DNA of 64,000 nucleotides from Vicugna vicugna (lineage: Eukaryota). Below the pieces are notes generated by a model. That model worked only from the letters and a program-made list of their open reading frames with translations. It searched no databases and was not told the origin of the DNA. The position numbers and the translations under genes were made by a program. The stretch is taken from positions 1,674,001 through 1,738,000 of the forward strand of contig MU058000.1 of assembly GCA_013265495.1 (NCBI GenBank), written 5' to 3'. Shown here piece by piece: positions 1-13,414 of the stretch; the stretch's first letter is position 1; each line of letters starts with the position of its first letter.

Positions 1-129
1 GAGAGATTTGGGCATCTCTGGGAGTCATAGTGCATGAATTATCTACTGCCAGATGGATCTGAAGAGTTTTAAGGTATCAAGTATGTGTGGTGGGTGGTCA
101 TCAGGAGGCAAGGAGGGAAGTTCCTGAAA

Positions 130-285
130 CTTGGCTTCAGTACTAATAACTGTATATCCCAGAGTTTCCTATTTTTCCTTTGTAAAATGAGAATACTGGT
201 GTCTTCGCTTTCCAGGACCACTATGGGTATTAAATAAATTTGTATTTGCAAAATATCCAGGATATAGAGTAGTTGCTTATATATT
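130..285 (+). mobile_element. MIR SINE fragment
   Basis: Degenerate MIR core (tttcc..tgtaaaatgagaata..gtattaaataa). Confidence 0.5.
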
Positions 286-1079
286 AATTCTCTGCCATCA
301 ACACCTCAACCAGGATGTAGAATTGACGTCAATAATGTAAATTCAGCATCACAAGATTTTTGTCTTGAAGAGGGCTATATCAAAGTGGCTGTAGAAGCCA
401 TAATTAAAAGAAAGACAAGCATCTAACAAAAAAATTGGGGAGGTACCCATGCATATGGAAATTTTACTAACTACTTTTTTTAATTAAAAAATTCATGTCA
501 TAAATAGAACAACATAACCAAGTGAATGTATTCAAATTTAACCTTGTGATGTCTTCAGAAATAAATAATATTTCAGTTTTTATTATTTTTAAGGATGACG
601 CCGTTTAGATGGTTTTTCTTTATTTTTGTTAATTTTAAACAAGTAAGCCAGTGATTTATTGCATATACTATTCATCAAGTTAAACACAGATATCAGGAAG
701 ATATGTATCAACTTATTATTGTAATATTTCTACAAGCAATGCTGGTGGCTCGGCAATGTGAAATTAAATTTGTATTTTGGGGGCTATATGATCATATTTT
801 TATGCATTTATTTTAGATTAAGCTTGCTGATTCTCCTCCTAATACTGAAATTATAAAGTCATGATACCTGAGACATGTATTTACATCTTTGTCCTGTATT
901 AAAGAATAAAAGATTCTGGGGAATGGGGATATGAGATGCATGGAGGCAATGAGAGGTGTAAAAGAATATTATGTCCATAAAGGAAAAAAAAAACAATCTG
1001 GAGGGTTTCTTTACAAGTTAACTAAAAGAAATAAAAATGTATTTCTATTGCACTTAGACTAAGATTAAGGCACAGTTAC

Positions 1080-1223
1080 GGTACTGCAGTGTTTCTCTTT
1101 TCACCAGGTCATCGGTAGTCTTTATTAAGATGTCAGAAAATTCTGCTGTTACGCAATATGAAATTCCTACCCTATCATCTGTAAAGTAGTCTCCGTTAGT
1201 GCTACAAGTTTCTAAACCAAATC
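1080..1223 (-). CDS. Candidate internal exon of an unknown gene (GFGLETCSTNGDYFTDDRVGISYCVTAEFSDILIKTTDDLVKRETLQY)
   Basis: Minus-strand acceptor catttcattctttcag|G at 1224. Open frame to a possible donor at 1079 (gtaact, 144 nt) or 1170 (AGG|gtagga). Non-repetitive, several CpGs. No homology recognised. Confidence 0.25.
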
Positions 1224-1269
1224 CTGAAAGAATGAAATGATTGCCTTTGTGACCAGCAAGGCGTCTGTC

Positions 1270-1450
1270 ACATAGTGGTAAGCACAGTGGGTTCGAGAAC
1301 CGAAAAAATGCATTCAAATCCCAGGTCTGTCACTTAATCACTGCCATCTCAGGCAGTCATGTAGCTGTTTTAAGTGTCAGTTTCTTCAGCTCTAAAATTG
1401 GGATGATACATGAAAATGGTGTCTCAGAGGATCAAATGGCATGATAGTTT
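1270..1450 (+). mobile_element. MIR SINE
   Basis: ttcaaatcccagg..cactta..tcagtttcttcagctctaaaattgggatgata..gaggatcaaatg matches the MIR head and core. Confidence 0.75.
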
Positions 1451-2139
1451 GGTGTCAGAACCCAGCTATTCATTCATTCAAAGCAAATCATTTTTCTCCT
1501 CCCTGCATCAAATCTAATCTAAACTTCAGACAAATGAGCTCTGCCTCAAATACTTACTTATCTAGCAATTGACTCACTTTACATAGACTTTCTGTGTGGT
1601 ACTTTCAGTGTGAAATCAGCCATGGAAATTCTCTGGATATAATATTGAGACTTTACCACCATCCTTTCTAAGCTTGCAGTGATATTTATCTTGATCACTG
1701 CCTATTTTGAAGACAGCAAATCCTACATTGTGCCAAACTGTGTGGTGGTCTTATAATTTTAAATTTCCATAATAGAGGGATATTATATCATGCATTTTTG
1801 ATTAACATTAAGGAAATTAATATAATAAAAGCAGGGGTTAGTAATGGTTATCTTGGAATGGTTCAGCAGATAGGCTGTTGGGGGAAAGTACATTTCCAAA
1901 TGGGAAATATCTTACATGTCTCTCACAGTATCTTAATATTAACCATCAGAGGGGTGTGGCCCTAAACGCATCTCTTCCTTTAGAATAAATATTGTTTTAT
2001 GATGATGGTGTGTTTCACCCCTAGTTGTGTTAGAGTAGAAAATGCTTCAGAACCATTGATTTAAAAGGCATCATTTTTGTATTTTTTTAATAAAAAGTAA
2101 CTATCACTTATTGTATGGCTTCTTAGAGCATACCTCTCC

Positions 2140-2650
2140 ATTTCTTGCCTTTGATTTTGCAACAGGAATGTTCTTCACATTCCATTACAGTCACCCACTT
2201 ACATGGATTCTGTCGTCAGCCATCACCAGACCTGCAGCAACTACAACATCTGTTTCAACCACTCCACTCTTTAAATAGTTTCTCTTATTCCTCCAGCCCA
2301 CTTACTGCCCACTTGGACTCTAATCTCTTTGAGACTTTTAACCCATGAACTCTAAGACCTGTTCCATAGTGACTTTTCTCCCCAAGACATGTAAATGTAT
2401 CTAATTTGAATTTAAAATAAACTGAAAATTTATTTAACCTTTCTCTCTTCTCTCTCAAGAAGTTCTTGCTTGACAAATCTATGTTGCAACCACATATAGT
2501 ATCAGAACATTGCTGACAAAAAAAAAAAAAAGAGAGAGAGAGAATACTCTAATGACTGGGTTAATTTCAAATTTATGACCACAAATCTCAAATGGATACT
2601 CAACATTGCCAGACAATCCTTCAGTACTTGCCTGGTGAATTCATTCTCTT
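2140..2650 (+). mobile_element. L2 LINE fragment (ORF2 region), interrupted by a younger L1
   Basis: gactgggttaatttcaaatttatgaccacaaatctcaaatggatactcaacattgccagacaatcc resembles the L2 consensus. Confidence 0.65.
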
Positions 2651-2651
2651 A

Positions 2652-3287
2652 TTCTTTTTTGTTTTATTTATTTATTTTTTTTATTGAAATACAGTCAGTT
2701 TACAATGTTGTGTCAGTTCCTGGTGTAGAACATACTGTTTCAGTCATACATATATATAAACATTTATTTGTTTTCATATTATTTTTTCTTATTGGTTACT
2801 ACAAGAAAGTAAATATAGTTCCCTGTGCTACACAGTATAAAGCTGTTTATCTATGTTTTATATATAGTAGTTTGTATATGCAAATCTCAAACTCCCAATT
2901 TATCCCTTCCCTTTTGGTAACCGTAAGTTTGTTTTCTATGTCTATAAGTCTGTTTCTGTTTTGTAAATAGGTTCATTTGTGTGGGTTTTTTTTTTTTTTT
3001 AGATTCCACATGTGAGTGATACATATCATATTTTTTCGTCTCTTTCTGGCTTACTTCACTCAGAATGATAATCTCCAGTTCCATCCATGTTGCTGCAGAT
3101 GGCATTATCTTATTCTTTTTATGGCTGAGTAGCATTCCATTGTATAAATGTACCACAACTTCTTTATCCAGTCATCTGTCTATGAACATTTAGATTGATT
3201 TAGATTGTTTCCATGTCTTGGATATCGTAAATAGTGCTGCTATGAACACTGAGGTTCATGTATCTTTTCGAATTAGCATTTTCTCAG
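2652..3287 (-). mobile_element. 5'-truncated young L1 (ORF2 C-terminus, 3' UTR, A-tail)
   Basis: ORF 2887-3156 contains KIMPSAATWMELEIIILSEVSQKE, the L1 ORF2p C-terminal motif. T-rich tail at the left end. 3' UTR shared with the copies at 17.3k and 19.2k. Confidence 0.92.
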
Positions 3288-3639
3288 TCTTTCAACTCTT
3301 TTTAACAATTTCTTTCTCTCTTCTCAAATCTCTCTCATTCTTTTCTAACCTGTTGTCATATCTTTGAGGCGATGGCACTGCAAAATCTTCTATTAAGAAA
3401 ATCCAGTGATGTGCAGAGGAAAGGAAGAGCTAGGGAGAGAACCCTGGGGTTTGCACCAGGACTTTGGGATTAAGTTCTTCATTCACTAAGAAAGGAATTG
3501 GGAACACAAAAGATGTGGGGCAGGGAGTCTGGGGTAACTGATTGGAGGGAAGGTGAATTTCAATGATGCCCTTGATTTTAATCCCCATATTACTAATCAA
3601 TTTGTGCTTAAATAAAGAAGCCTGGGACCTGGTTTAAAA

Positions 3640-4975
3640 AAAAATCCATATGAGAACTTCCACAATTCACCAGCGTCATGAACCTCTATCACTGTTGGGG
3701 CTTCCTCCTTGCAGCAGTGATGTGTCCTTCCTGCTCTCTAAATGGAATCCTCCACTGGTGCTGCAGTGTCTGTCATCTCCTTGCAAATTTTCAAAACTGT
3801 CATTCCTGAAATTTAAGTTCCTATATTTTTTACATCAGAAATTTCTCCCTCTCTGCTGGGTTATTCACATTGACCTTAAAACTCTTTGTCAGGTGCATCC
3901 TTGTTAGAAAATCTTGACTACACTTTCCGGCAAACATCCACAGTCATTGCTTGCTTCCCATTCATAGGAAAACTCTCTCCGTGAGTTGTCTACTCTGGCT
4001 GTTTCTATTTTGTCTTCCACCTTCTCTCTTAACTCTCTCCAATTGGGCTTTTATCCCAATGCACTATGGGAAGTGATCGATGTCACTGGGAATAAAAGTT
4101 TGTGAAAACCAAATTCTCCCTCATTTTATCACACTCTCAAGAAAAGATTTACACTGTTGAACCCTCCTTAACTCCACTTCATGAAAGATGTTGTCCTCTA
4201 GCCTTCCATTCCTCTACCCGATCATGTTTTCCTCCTGCCTCACTGAACACTCCTTCTAAGACTCTTCTTCAGGCTCTCATTTCTCTAAATTTTGCAGTGA
4301 TCCTGATCTCTATTCTAAATCCTCTTCTCATCTTATGCCCTCTGTCTATGAAATTTTATCTAGTTCTGTGGTTTCAAAGACCAGTCTCTAGTTTGGTGAA
4401 TCTCCAATTTATATCTCTAACTCATACCCCTTCCTTACAGTCTGGACACATACCCAGTTGTCTTCTCATTATCTCTCCTTAGAAACTAGCTTAGAATTTA
4501 ATATGTTAAAACATGGCCCAAACATTTTATTCTCATCTAATACATGCATCACAAAGCTTTCCTTGCAAAATAAATGACATCATCCATTGCATCAGACCAA
4601 AAATATACAATTCATTCCTTATTCTTTCTTTATTTTTGCTTCTCACACCATATCCAGTTGGCTCCACCTCCAAAAATATCTTAAATCTTAAACCATCTTC
4701 CAAATAATAGGCATATGTTACCCACATATTAATCTAACTGGTTTCATTATCTCTATTTTTGCACCTGGTATTCCCCAGCATGCCAGAGTTCAGTGTCCAT
4801 ACACCCGCCATAATGATCTTTCTAATGGACAAATTTATAATGCAACTTCCCTATTTCTAATGGCTTTGCATTATACCTAGATTAAAATGTTAAAAATTGA
4901 GAAATTTACCTTAGACAAAGAGCCTTTCAATGACCTGACTCTGCTGTTTCTTACTCTCTGGCACATTGGTTGTCT
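3640..4975 (+). mobile_element. L2 LINE fragment (continuation)
   Basis: Pyrimidine-rich L2 hallmarks: ctccaattgggcttttatccc, tttacactgttgaaccctcc, ctccaatttatatctcta, ctccacctccaaaaatatc, ccttcaatgacctgactctgc-like segment. Confidence 0.75.
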
Positions 4976-4989
4976 TTTTATTTCCCAGC

Positions 4990-5080
4990 TTCTTCCTTTC
5001 TTCCTTTTCCTTTCCTTTCCTTTCTTTCCTTTCCTTTCCTTTCCTCCCTTTCCCTCTTCCTTCCTTCCTTCCTTCCCTTT
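4990..5080. repeat. (CCTTT/CCTT)n polypyrimidine low-complexity tract
   Basis: Directly visible. Confidence 0.9.
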
Positions 5081-5381
5081 TGAGAGTGTCCTCATAGTGA
5101 AAAATACAATAACTATCCATAATTTTACCACCAAGATTAACTGTTATCATCTATTACTATATATTTTTACTTCAGTATTTCTTGATTAGTAAAACATTCT
5201 CACTATAAAAACAATAAAATACAGAAAGAGGCAAGTGTAAAAAAATTGCTTTAATTCTGGAAATTATTATTATTAGATTATATTAACATTTTTCTAGATG
5301 TAATTTTATGTGTGTATACAGTTAGAAGGACAAGTAGAAAAATTATTGGACAGACATACATTTATAAATAAGACCATATTA

Positions 5382-5552
5382 GGCCACCTCTCTCTCTCCG
5401 TTTGGAGAAGGTCCGTACTGTGTGTGTGGAGTATGTACTTGCTTTTAATCCAAGCACCCAACCCCCACACCTCGTGACCTTTCTCTTGCCTTTCAGTGTA
5501 TCTCTTTGAATGAATCTACCTTTACTCAAAAAAAAGGTAAAATAAAATAAAC
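5382..5552 (+). mobile_element. Short retroposed insert (LTR R-region-like) with A-rich tail and 16-bp TSD
   Basis: Perfect direct repeat aaataagaccatatta at 5366-5381 and 5553-5568. A-rich tail at 5528-5552. Confidence 0.8.
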
Positions 5553-6079
5553 AAATAAGACCATATTATAAATACTACTTTAATAAAAACTTTTAGTTTA
5601 ATTTTATTTGATTTTAATATAAGAAAAAATTCAGATTGCAGGAATTGTTGGAATTCAAATGAATGTTCTGATAGCAGGAAAATGTGGTGGCTCTTGGGAA
5701 TTCTCTGCACCCTCCTTGTGATCTTTCCTCAGGGCAGGATCTCCGCAGGTCTCTGTTCTCTTAGCAGAAAGAAAACACTGATGTTTGATACAAAGACATT
5801 TCTCTGATAAAGGTACTTCTAGTTTTTTTAGATATACCCTTCCCCTCTGACCTTATAAATACGTAAAGCATTGCAGACATGGCCCTGTCTACTGGAATAT
5901 TGCTCATCCTAAGCTTTCAGATAAAGAGACTTGGGGAGATCACATACAGGCTACTAATTCTCTCAAGCAACTGCCCCCTCCCACCATAAGCCCTCCTTTA
6001 TACCTGCACTGCAAGGTGCTAACATCTAGGATCATGACTCTCTGTGGTTTCTTTAAAGGGTCACTGTGATGTAAATATC

Positions 6080-6850
6080 TCAAGTTCTGTCATGATTGAA
6101 GATAACTTCCTATTGCTTGTACTTTAAAGTTCTCTTAGTAGAATGCATTATTCTTGAAAAACAAATTCCTTTTCTCTCATTTCTGTAAATCTTGCTCTGG
6201 TTTCTTCTAACTTTAAATATTGTAATAGAAGAATTCAAAGATGGCCCAGATTTTCCTCCATAATAGCTTTTTTCCCCGTCTGTTTTTTGGCTAGGATGCA
6301 TAAACATTTCTTTGTTGTTGAAGCTCAATAGCTTAACTAGGATAACCTTGGTATTGGTGTTGAAGAATTTTGCATCAAATTTCTAATGCCTGATATGCTC
6401 TTTGGTATGATGATCAAAACCTTCCTTCATGAAAAAATTAATCTAATGAAGCTAATCTATCTTGTATTCCAGTTTTGTTTGTTTCTCTACTTCATGACAC
6501 AAATTATTTTTATATTGAATCATTTTGGATGTTTTCCATTTCTAATAGTTGTATTCACATACTTTAATCTGCTTATAATTTTCATCTGTTGTCACTACTC
6601 TTAAGAGTTAACTATTAGTATATAGATTTTTTAGACCTATTTATTCCATTTCTTGATATTTCTAATTTATATATTATTATTATGTCATTTGCCTTCAATT
6701 TCCTTTTTAGTTCTCAAATCTCCCTTTTCATCTAATTTTATTTTATCATTAAGTATAGTTTGAGCTCTTGTTGAATAAAATTTATATTTTTATTGGCTTG
6801 TTATAAAGCTTGAAATGATAAAGAGGATCTGCATTCTGTTCTTTGTGCTG
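6080..6850 (-). mobile_element. Old HAL1/L1M-like fragment
   Basis: ttgaagctcaatagcttaactaggataaccttggtattgg and the T-rich context resemble antisense HAL1/L1M. Confidence 0.45.
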
Positions 6851-9800
6851 CTTTTGTGTGACCAGGGACATGGAGGCGTGAGCAGGAAAATTCAGTGGCA
6901 ACAATACTGTCTCTTCTGAAAGATTTTTATTTTATTTTATTTTTTTATTTCTCTCCACCTGAAAATGATATATTATCATTTTTTTCTGGGCAGATTGTAA
7001 GGCTATGGATCATTTCTCCAACTCAATGTTTTACCGTTTGGTTTTCATTCAGTCTTATTAGCCAGGGGCATTATGAGAACTGTCAGAGTTTTGTCAGCTC
7101 TTACAGGAGACTTCTGTGGAGTCACTCCTTATTGTATGCATAGTGATGCGTTTGTATGCATTGTGATGTTCCTGGTCATCCCCTTTGAGTGCACTGCAGA
7201 AGGTTGTGCCCTTTTTCTCAGTTGGGTGCTGAAGGTGCTTTTTTTTTGTCCCCATTTTTATAGGCATCAGGGGAGGGACATGATCCAAGGAATTTTCTGT
7301 CTTCCAGTTAATGGTGAAATCTGCCTAAACGGTGTGGTTTATTTCCCCAGTACAAATAAGTATCCATACCCTCTGCCACTTTGCAGGTTGACTGCCTCCA
7401 TGTTAAAAGCATTATCTGTTTCCCCCACCCTAACCCCCTACCGCATTGAATCATCTCAGAAAGTTTTGAGCACAAAGTGCTGAGAGAAAGAATGTGCTCT
7501 GAAGCTACCTTTCCTTACTAAGTTTCCTACTAGTTCCAGCTTAGACCCTTGGGCATCAAGAGAATGTCTGGGCTGGAGGAAAGCCTAGAAACCATTTAAT
7601 TAAAAATATCCTTGAATAAAAGCCTCTACCGCAGCTTGGCATTATTAAATTCCTTCTCTAGACCTGTGTGGAGTTTTCATGGGACAGGAATGAAATATGA
7701 AGTCATAATTTAAGGTTTTCTATTGTCCATAGTTCATATAGACGATTTTATAGATAGAGGTTAGTTATCTTAGCCAAGACACCTTTACTTGCCTTGGCTT
7801 GATGGACTAGTTCCATTTTTCTCTAGAGAAGACCACGGGCGTGCATGCACAATTTGGATATATGGCTTGTGTGATAAATGGAAAGTCAAATATGGAAATG
7901 CTAACAGCTTCATAACCTATACCCGTTGATTGACACATGGTGACTGCTTTAATGGATGAGCAGATTATGTGTGTTCATTATGGTCTATCTACAAGTTAAT
8001 GAATACAGAATCATATTTACTCCATTGAACAGAGTAAACAAATTCCTCTTAAAGGAGCATTTTGTGACCTATTATGGAAAATTCCTTAAAATGTGGATCC
8101 TTGGGCAAACAATTTTTGACTAGCCTGTGAAGTTTTTAGAGTGAAAAATCTCAATATATACTGTTAATATCTACAACTTCTCATTTATTGAATCCATCAA
8201 CTAGTATATAAAGACTTGTCGAAGTATGTTTGATGAGACATTAATGACAGTGTTCTGCTGATAATTATAAACACCATTCTGAAAACATTGCTTTGATCAT
8301 GACCTTCAAAAATATAAGAGAACCTGGTAAGCAGTACCATATTAAAAAGGTAATTCCTCTTGAAATAATTACACCGTATTTTTTCTGAGGCCTTTGCAAG
8401 TCTTGCTAACTCTTCCCTCTGCCCCCATCTTTCCCCAACTTCTAGACATTATCTTTTATCATATCTTTTTTATTTATAAATACCATATAAGTGCTTGACT
8501 TTTAAAATTGGGACAAGATAAACTCAGTATGTATTTTAATCAGACTCTTCTCATTCCATGCTCAGTTAGGCTCTCTCTCTCTCTCTATTTATTAAGATCT
8601 AAGGCCAATTAACAAAGCAAATTAATAGAAAGCTCCACCTCTTGTATCACTCAGTCCTTTGTTTCATTTTGGTAAGTTTTAAATCATTTTAGTAGCAAAA
8701 TTATTATTCAGCAAGAACTAAAGACTTTATAAATGCTTCAAGTTTTATACCTGTTCCAGGTATGAAATTTATTGTTCCTTGTTGAAAAATATTTACATAA
8801 TTAAAATAAGTCAGAAAGTCCAAAAAGTTAGTCTACGTTTTCTTATTACCTACTCTGGTAGGGCACCAAATGCAATTGAATTGATGTGGTTTACAAGACA
8901 ATGAATAATTACATTTTTTAAATTTATTTTTTGTAAGAAGTAATTGTAATTGTAGATCTTGAAAGCCTACAAAATAATTTAATTGCAGGGAGTTTTTCAG
9001 ATTAGGTTTCTGGCAAGAAGTTAGGTAAAAGAATAGGACAAGGATTTGCTAAGCTTTGGGGACATTCCATCTAAATTCAAATATTGCTGTTGTAATTTAA
9101 TGGAAGTCATTTTTTTAAAATGAGATTTTAAAAATTATATTTAGGGCTGCCACCACTTAGTAAAATCTAATAATTATGTTCTTTTGCAATTCTAATGAAT
9201 AATTCTTCCTTGAATTGGATTTATGGACCTTCCTAATGTCATGTTTTATCCTCAAGGAATATGGTTCAGTGAGACTCCATTTTCCCAGTTATTATTTGTT
9301 CTGTGATGTTCTGGGACCTACTTCTCCTTTCTTCTGATCTTTGGAGTGACGACGCATGCATATCTGCCCTACGTCCAATACATGGACAGCAGCAAAGAAA
9401 GACTCCAGGCATTTGTTTTGCCTTTATTTTTCAAGTTCTTAATCAAATTATTTTTATAATAGAGAAGGCACTTTCCTGTGGCATTTAGAAAAGGTCTGTA
9501 TTCCTATGCTTAGTCTCCTTATTTCTTTTCCTATCATAAAAAATAATATCCACACAAACTCTAACTCCATATTTTATCCATTCAACTGATATTTTTAAGA
9601 AGTCCTTTTGGAAATTCAATTATAATAAACTAATGGAGAATCAAAAAAGTTCCAGACTCTGGAAGGTGCTCTGAAGGAGCTTCAATTTAATTATATGAAT
9701 TATTTAAGAAGAACATGCTTTGATGTACAAATGCTGCTCCTGGAAATTTGTGTGTTAAATCTGGCGGCAGAAGCACAGAAATATCTTTGTAACTGCTAAA

Positions 9801-9969
9801 TTTAAATGAAAGGAAGGAAGAAGAAAAGAAAACAAAAAAACCTACACAAATCAAACATCATAACATTCCTTAAATTAAAATTTAAAGCTGTGCATTTCCA
9901 TGAATAGACGGACTAAAACAAGCCAAAACATAATGCTGTTTTGGGCTTCAACAAGAAATAATACATAAT

Positions 9970-10190
9970 TATAGTAACAAAGACTCACATTTCTTTTGTT
10001 CCCTGTGGTTTGCAAAATCCTTTAAAGAAGATCTCATATTTGATGCTGGGAACAACTTTGTGAAATAGACATTATTAAATCCCAAGTTGATAAGTGAGGG
10101 AACTGAGACTGAGAAAGATCAAAGGATCTACATTCACAGAGAGCAGACTGATATCCTGATCTACTAAACAGCAAAACTCAAGTGTTTCCA
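9970..10190 (-). mobile_element. MIR SINE
   Basis: aacaactttgtgaaatagacattatt..gataagtgagggaactgagactgagaaag. Confidence 0.7.
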
Positions 10191-10322
10191 GAAACTCAAA
10201 ATTACTGCTTAATTTATTGACAATTTGCATAAATACAAGTTAATACTCTAGTAATTGATGCCACTTTCACTTGAGAATTTTTTATGCTTTTGTTTAATCA
10301 TCCACTAAATTATCCTAGTCAC

Positions 10323-10945
10323 TGTGGTAGGCAGCATGCTTACATGTCCCCTGTGATTCCTGCCCTCTGATGTGTAGTATGTATAAACTTCTTGAGTGAG
10401 GACAGAACCTGTGAATATGATAAGATGTCACTTTTATGATGATGTCATGTTGTATGGCAGGAGGAAGATTAGCCATACCTAATCAGGTACAGTGTAACCT
10501 GACCTAACCTGGTGGGCCCCTTAAAAGCAGAGAGCTTTCTCTGGCTAGTTGCAGAGGGAGAAATCAGAGAAACACACTCCTGCTGGCCCGGAAGAAAGCA
10601 AACATCCATGTTGTGAACTGTCTGTAGGGCACGTGTGGTAAGGAATTGTGGGCAGCCTTTGGGAGCCAAGAGAAGCCTCTGATTGATGGCTAGCAGAGGA
10701 AAAAGAGACCTCCATCATTCAGGTGCATGGAGAAGAATTCCCACAACCAAGGAGCTTGGAAGAGGACTCCAAGCTTCACATTTTTGCAGGCTTATATTTT
10801 CATTACAGCCTAGTGAGACCCAGGGTAGACAAAGCAGCGTACCCATACCCAGACTTCTGAGGCACAGAAACCTAAGCTGATCCACCTGCCTTGCTTTACG
10901 CTGCTGAGTTTGTGGTAAATTTGTAAGGCAGCCGTGGAAGAAAAA
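10323..10945 (+). mobile_element. MaLR solo LTR (MLT1E/F-like)
   Basis: Starts tgtggtaggcag. Contains gcccttaaaagcagagag-like segment, ccatgttgtgaactg, cagcctagtgagaccc, cccagacttctg, gctgctgagtttgtggtaa. Confidence 0.9.
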
Positions 10946-13289
10946 TCCGGTCCTCTTGCCTGATGACATTAGTATGCAGGCCAAGAGTAGCTTCATTTCC
11001 AAGTGACTGTAAGGTTCAATAGTGAGCTAAAAAAACAGAATTAAGAAAATATTAGACTGGATGGAGATTATGAGTTTTCTGCCTCAGTGTTACTGTCACA
11101 AGCCATCTTTTGAAGGACACATTTCCTGAAATTATACAAAAATTTCTAAGTATTAAAAAAAACAATTGCTTCACCATTGATATGGTGCATCACCTGCTCT
11201 TCCTGTTACAGATTCTCCATCGTGTTTTCCTCTTAATTCTTTCCTCTGGATTTTCCTGTTATTCTTTCTTTCTACAGTAAATATTGGTAATTGGATCGTT
11301 TACTTTCACAGTGTGTTAGGTTGAATGATCTCTTCCTGGTCCAGGCATTCAAGTTGCTTTAGTTCTTTCTTACATGTGAGATGATCATTCAGTGTTTCCA
11401 TACTGTGCCAACAAATGGGCATGGAAATGTTATTTGCCTGTAGTTCCTCTGAGAAAAGGGTCATGGGATCACAACTTTCTCAAACAAAAGTCATCATTCT
11501 GTGAACTTCACTGCTGAGGTCATGTAGGATCCTGAATCAGCAGGAAACGTTATCTTAGGTCTTAAAGAATCGGAACACGGGAGCATGGCAAGCCTTCTGT
11601 GGAGCTTTTGTCTGTAAGGAGAATGCTAACTTTCACTGTCTTCCTTTAGACTCGGTAAACTGTAGGATAGAATGCAGCTTGGTTTCACCCATTGAGCCAA
11701 CTCTGCTTAATTAGAAATCGCAGCTTGACACTCTCTGGCAAGGACGATTCTGATGCCAAAATTGGCCTCTGTGTGAAAGAATACAGTTGTTGATTAATAA
11801 TGTCTGCAATGGTTATGGCACAGGAAAACATTCTTTCCCACATAAATTACATGGATAACCCTAAAATAACTGTAACTATCCACTCATAAAGTGAATTGAA
11901 ATACAGATCATTTATATTAAGGATTTTGAGAAATAAAAATGTAATTGAGAGAGAAACTCTCATGTTTCAGCTTTATGTTCTTTATTATCTAAATTTATCT
12001 GATTTATCAAATATCAATAGGTATTAGACAAATATAAACAGCCATTCAATTTTCTTATTATATATTATCCTAAGATTCATTCAGACATTTAGAAAATGGT
12101 AAATTCCAAAATCATTTTTTATGTTAAAATTGATCTTTTATTTTATCTTTATTTGATAATTCTTCAAATCTTGTGATGAATTAATCAAATACTGAATAAA
12201 GTGTCCTCTTTATCCTTAAATACTTTATTTATATGGTGATATCTGGGAGTCTGCATCCAAAAGTTGGTGCCTGGGGTATCAAAACATAATTATCGTCCAC
12301 GCACAGCTCTCTTCTCCACGTTTGTTCTGTGTGGTTAGAAACTGTACAGGAATATTGAAATGGCAGTATTTACTTTCCTACGTTATGGAATGGGACTAAT
12401 TTCAAAGCTATTTACTTTCTCCCTATTCGTAGAATGAGAGTGGGAGTTTGGTACTAATTTAGCAGGTATCTGGGCTGTGAGATTCCTCTAACAAATGGAA
12501 GTGTTTACCCGAGAAAATTAAACAAACGGGAATTAATTATGCCACAGTGCACAAAAGGCAGTTGATGAAACCTGAAGGCGGTTGACAGCCCCTGTAAGCA
12601 CGAGAGGCCCACGTCCCACCACCTTCTAGTCCCCATTTTTCAGCATCATTGGCATCAGATTAGCACTAGGGAGATATGGTTTGTATTGGAGAGTTTGCTC
12701 TGATCCAAGACAATTTTGACCAAGAACAGCAAACTTAACTGAGGGCCTACATAGCAGAGGATGCTAACCCTTAAACTATAGACCTCAAGTCCTCTTCTGC
12801 TGGTCTTAATGACATCTTAAGACGGTAAAAATAAAAATGCAACTGACCACGCCTGAACACAGAAATGGAAATCAGCCAAGCTATCAGTGGTTTGGATCTA
12901 CAATGTGGCGTTCTACTACAAGATTTCAGCCCAAATATGTCCGTGGTCTTCATAGGCAGAGAGAGGGTCATATTACACAGACAACAGACAGCCTTGTGTA
13001 TAAAGAGATGAACAGCTACCTACATACTACAATTTGACAGAGCATAGGAAGAACCTATTCTAGAAGGTATAAGCTTGACTATAGATCCGCCATTGCAGTC
13101 ATTGGATAAAAAACACAATCTAAACTTTAATTTTTTTTTTGCTTTTTCTTAATTTTATATCTAAATAGAATTCTATCAACTGTAATTTTAGAAATATCCC
13201 CACAATTAATCTCTTGTCATTCCCTAAGCACTCAGCATCTCTGGCATGGCTTAGTTTTATAAACTTCCTAACTGATCTGTGTGTATTAT

Positions 13290-13414
13290 TTAACAATAGT
13301 TAGCATTTATTTAAGTATTTATAATTTGCCAGGCTCTGTGCTAAGTCATCTACATGCATCACATCATGGAATCCTCAGAGCAACACCATGAGTTAGGTAA
13401 TATTTTTACCCCTA
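13290..13414 (-). mobile_element. MIR, left part (split by LTR)
   Basis: agcatttatt..tgccaggctctgtgctaag..aatcctcagagcaacaccatgagttaggta..acccc. Confidence 0.8.

Noticed and set aside
2575..3156. 131-aa and 89-aa ORFs
   Set aside because: Antisense and sense readings of a truncated L1 3' end
4877..5189. Overlapping K/G/E-rich and F/P-rich ORFs
   Set aside because: Low-complexity (CCTTT)n tract
5700..6080. Possible LTR fragment
   Set aside because: No termini or TSD identified, and no family recognised
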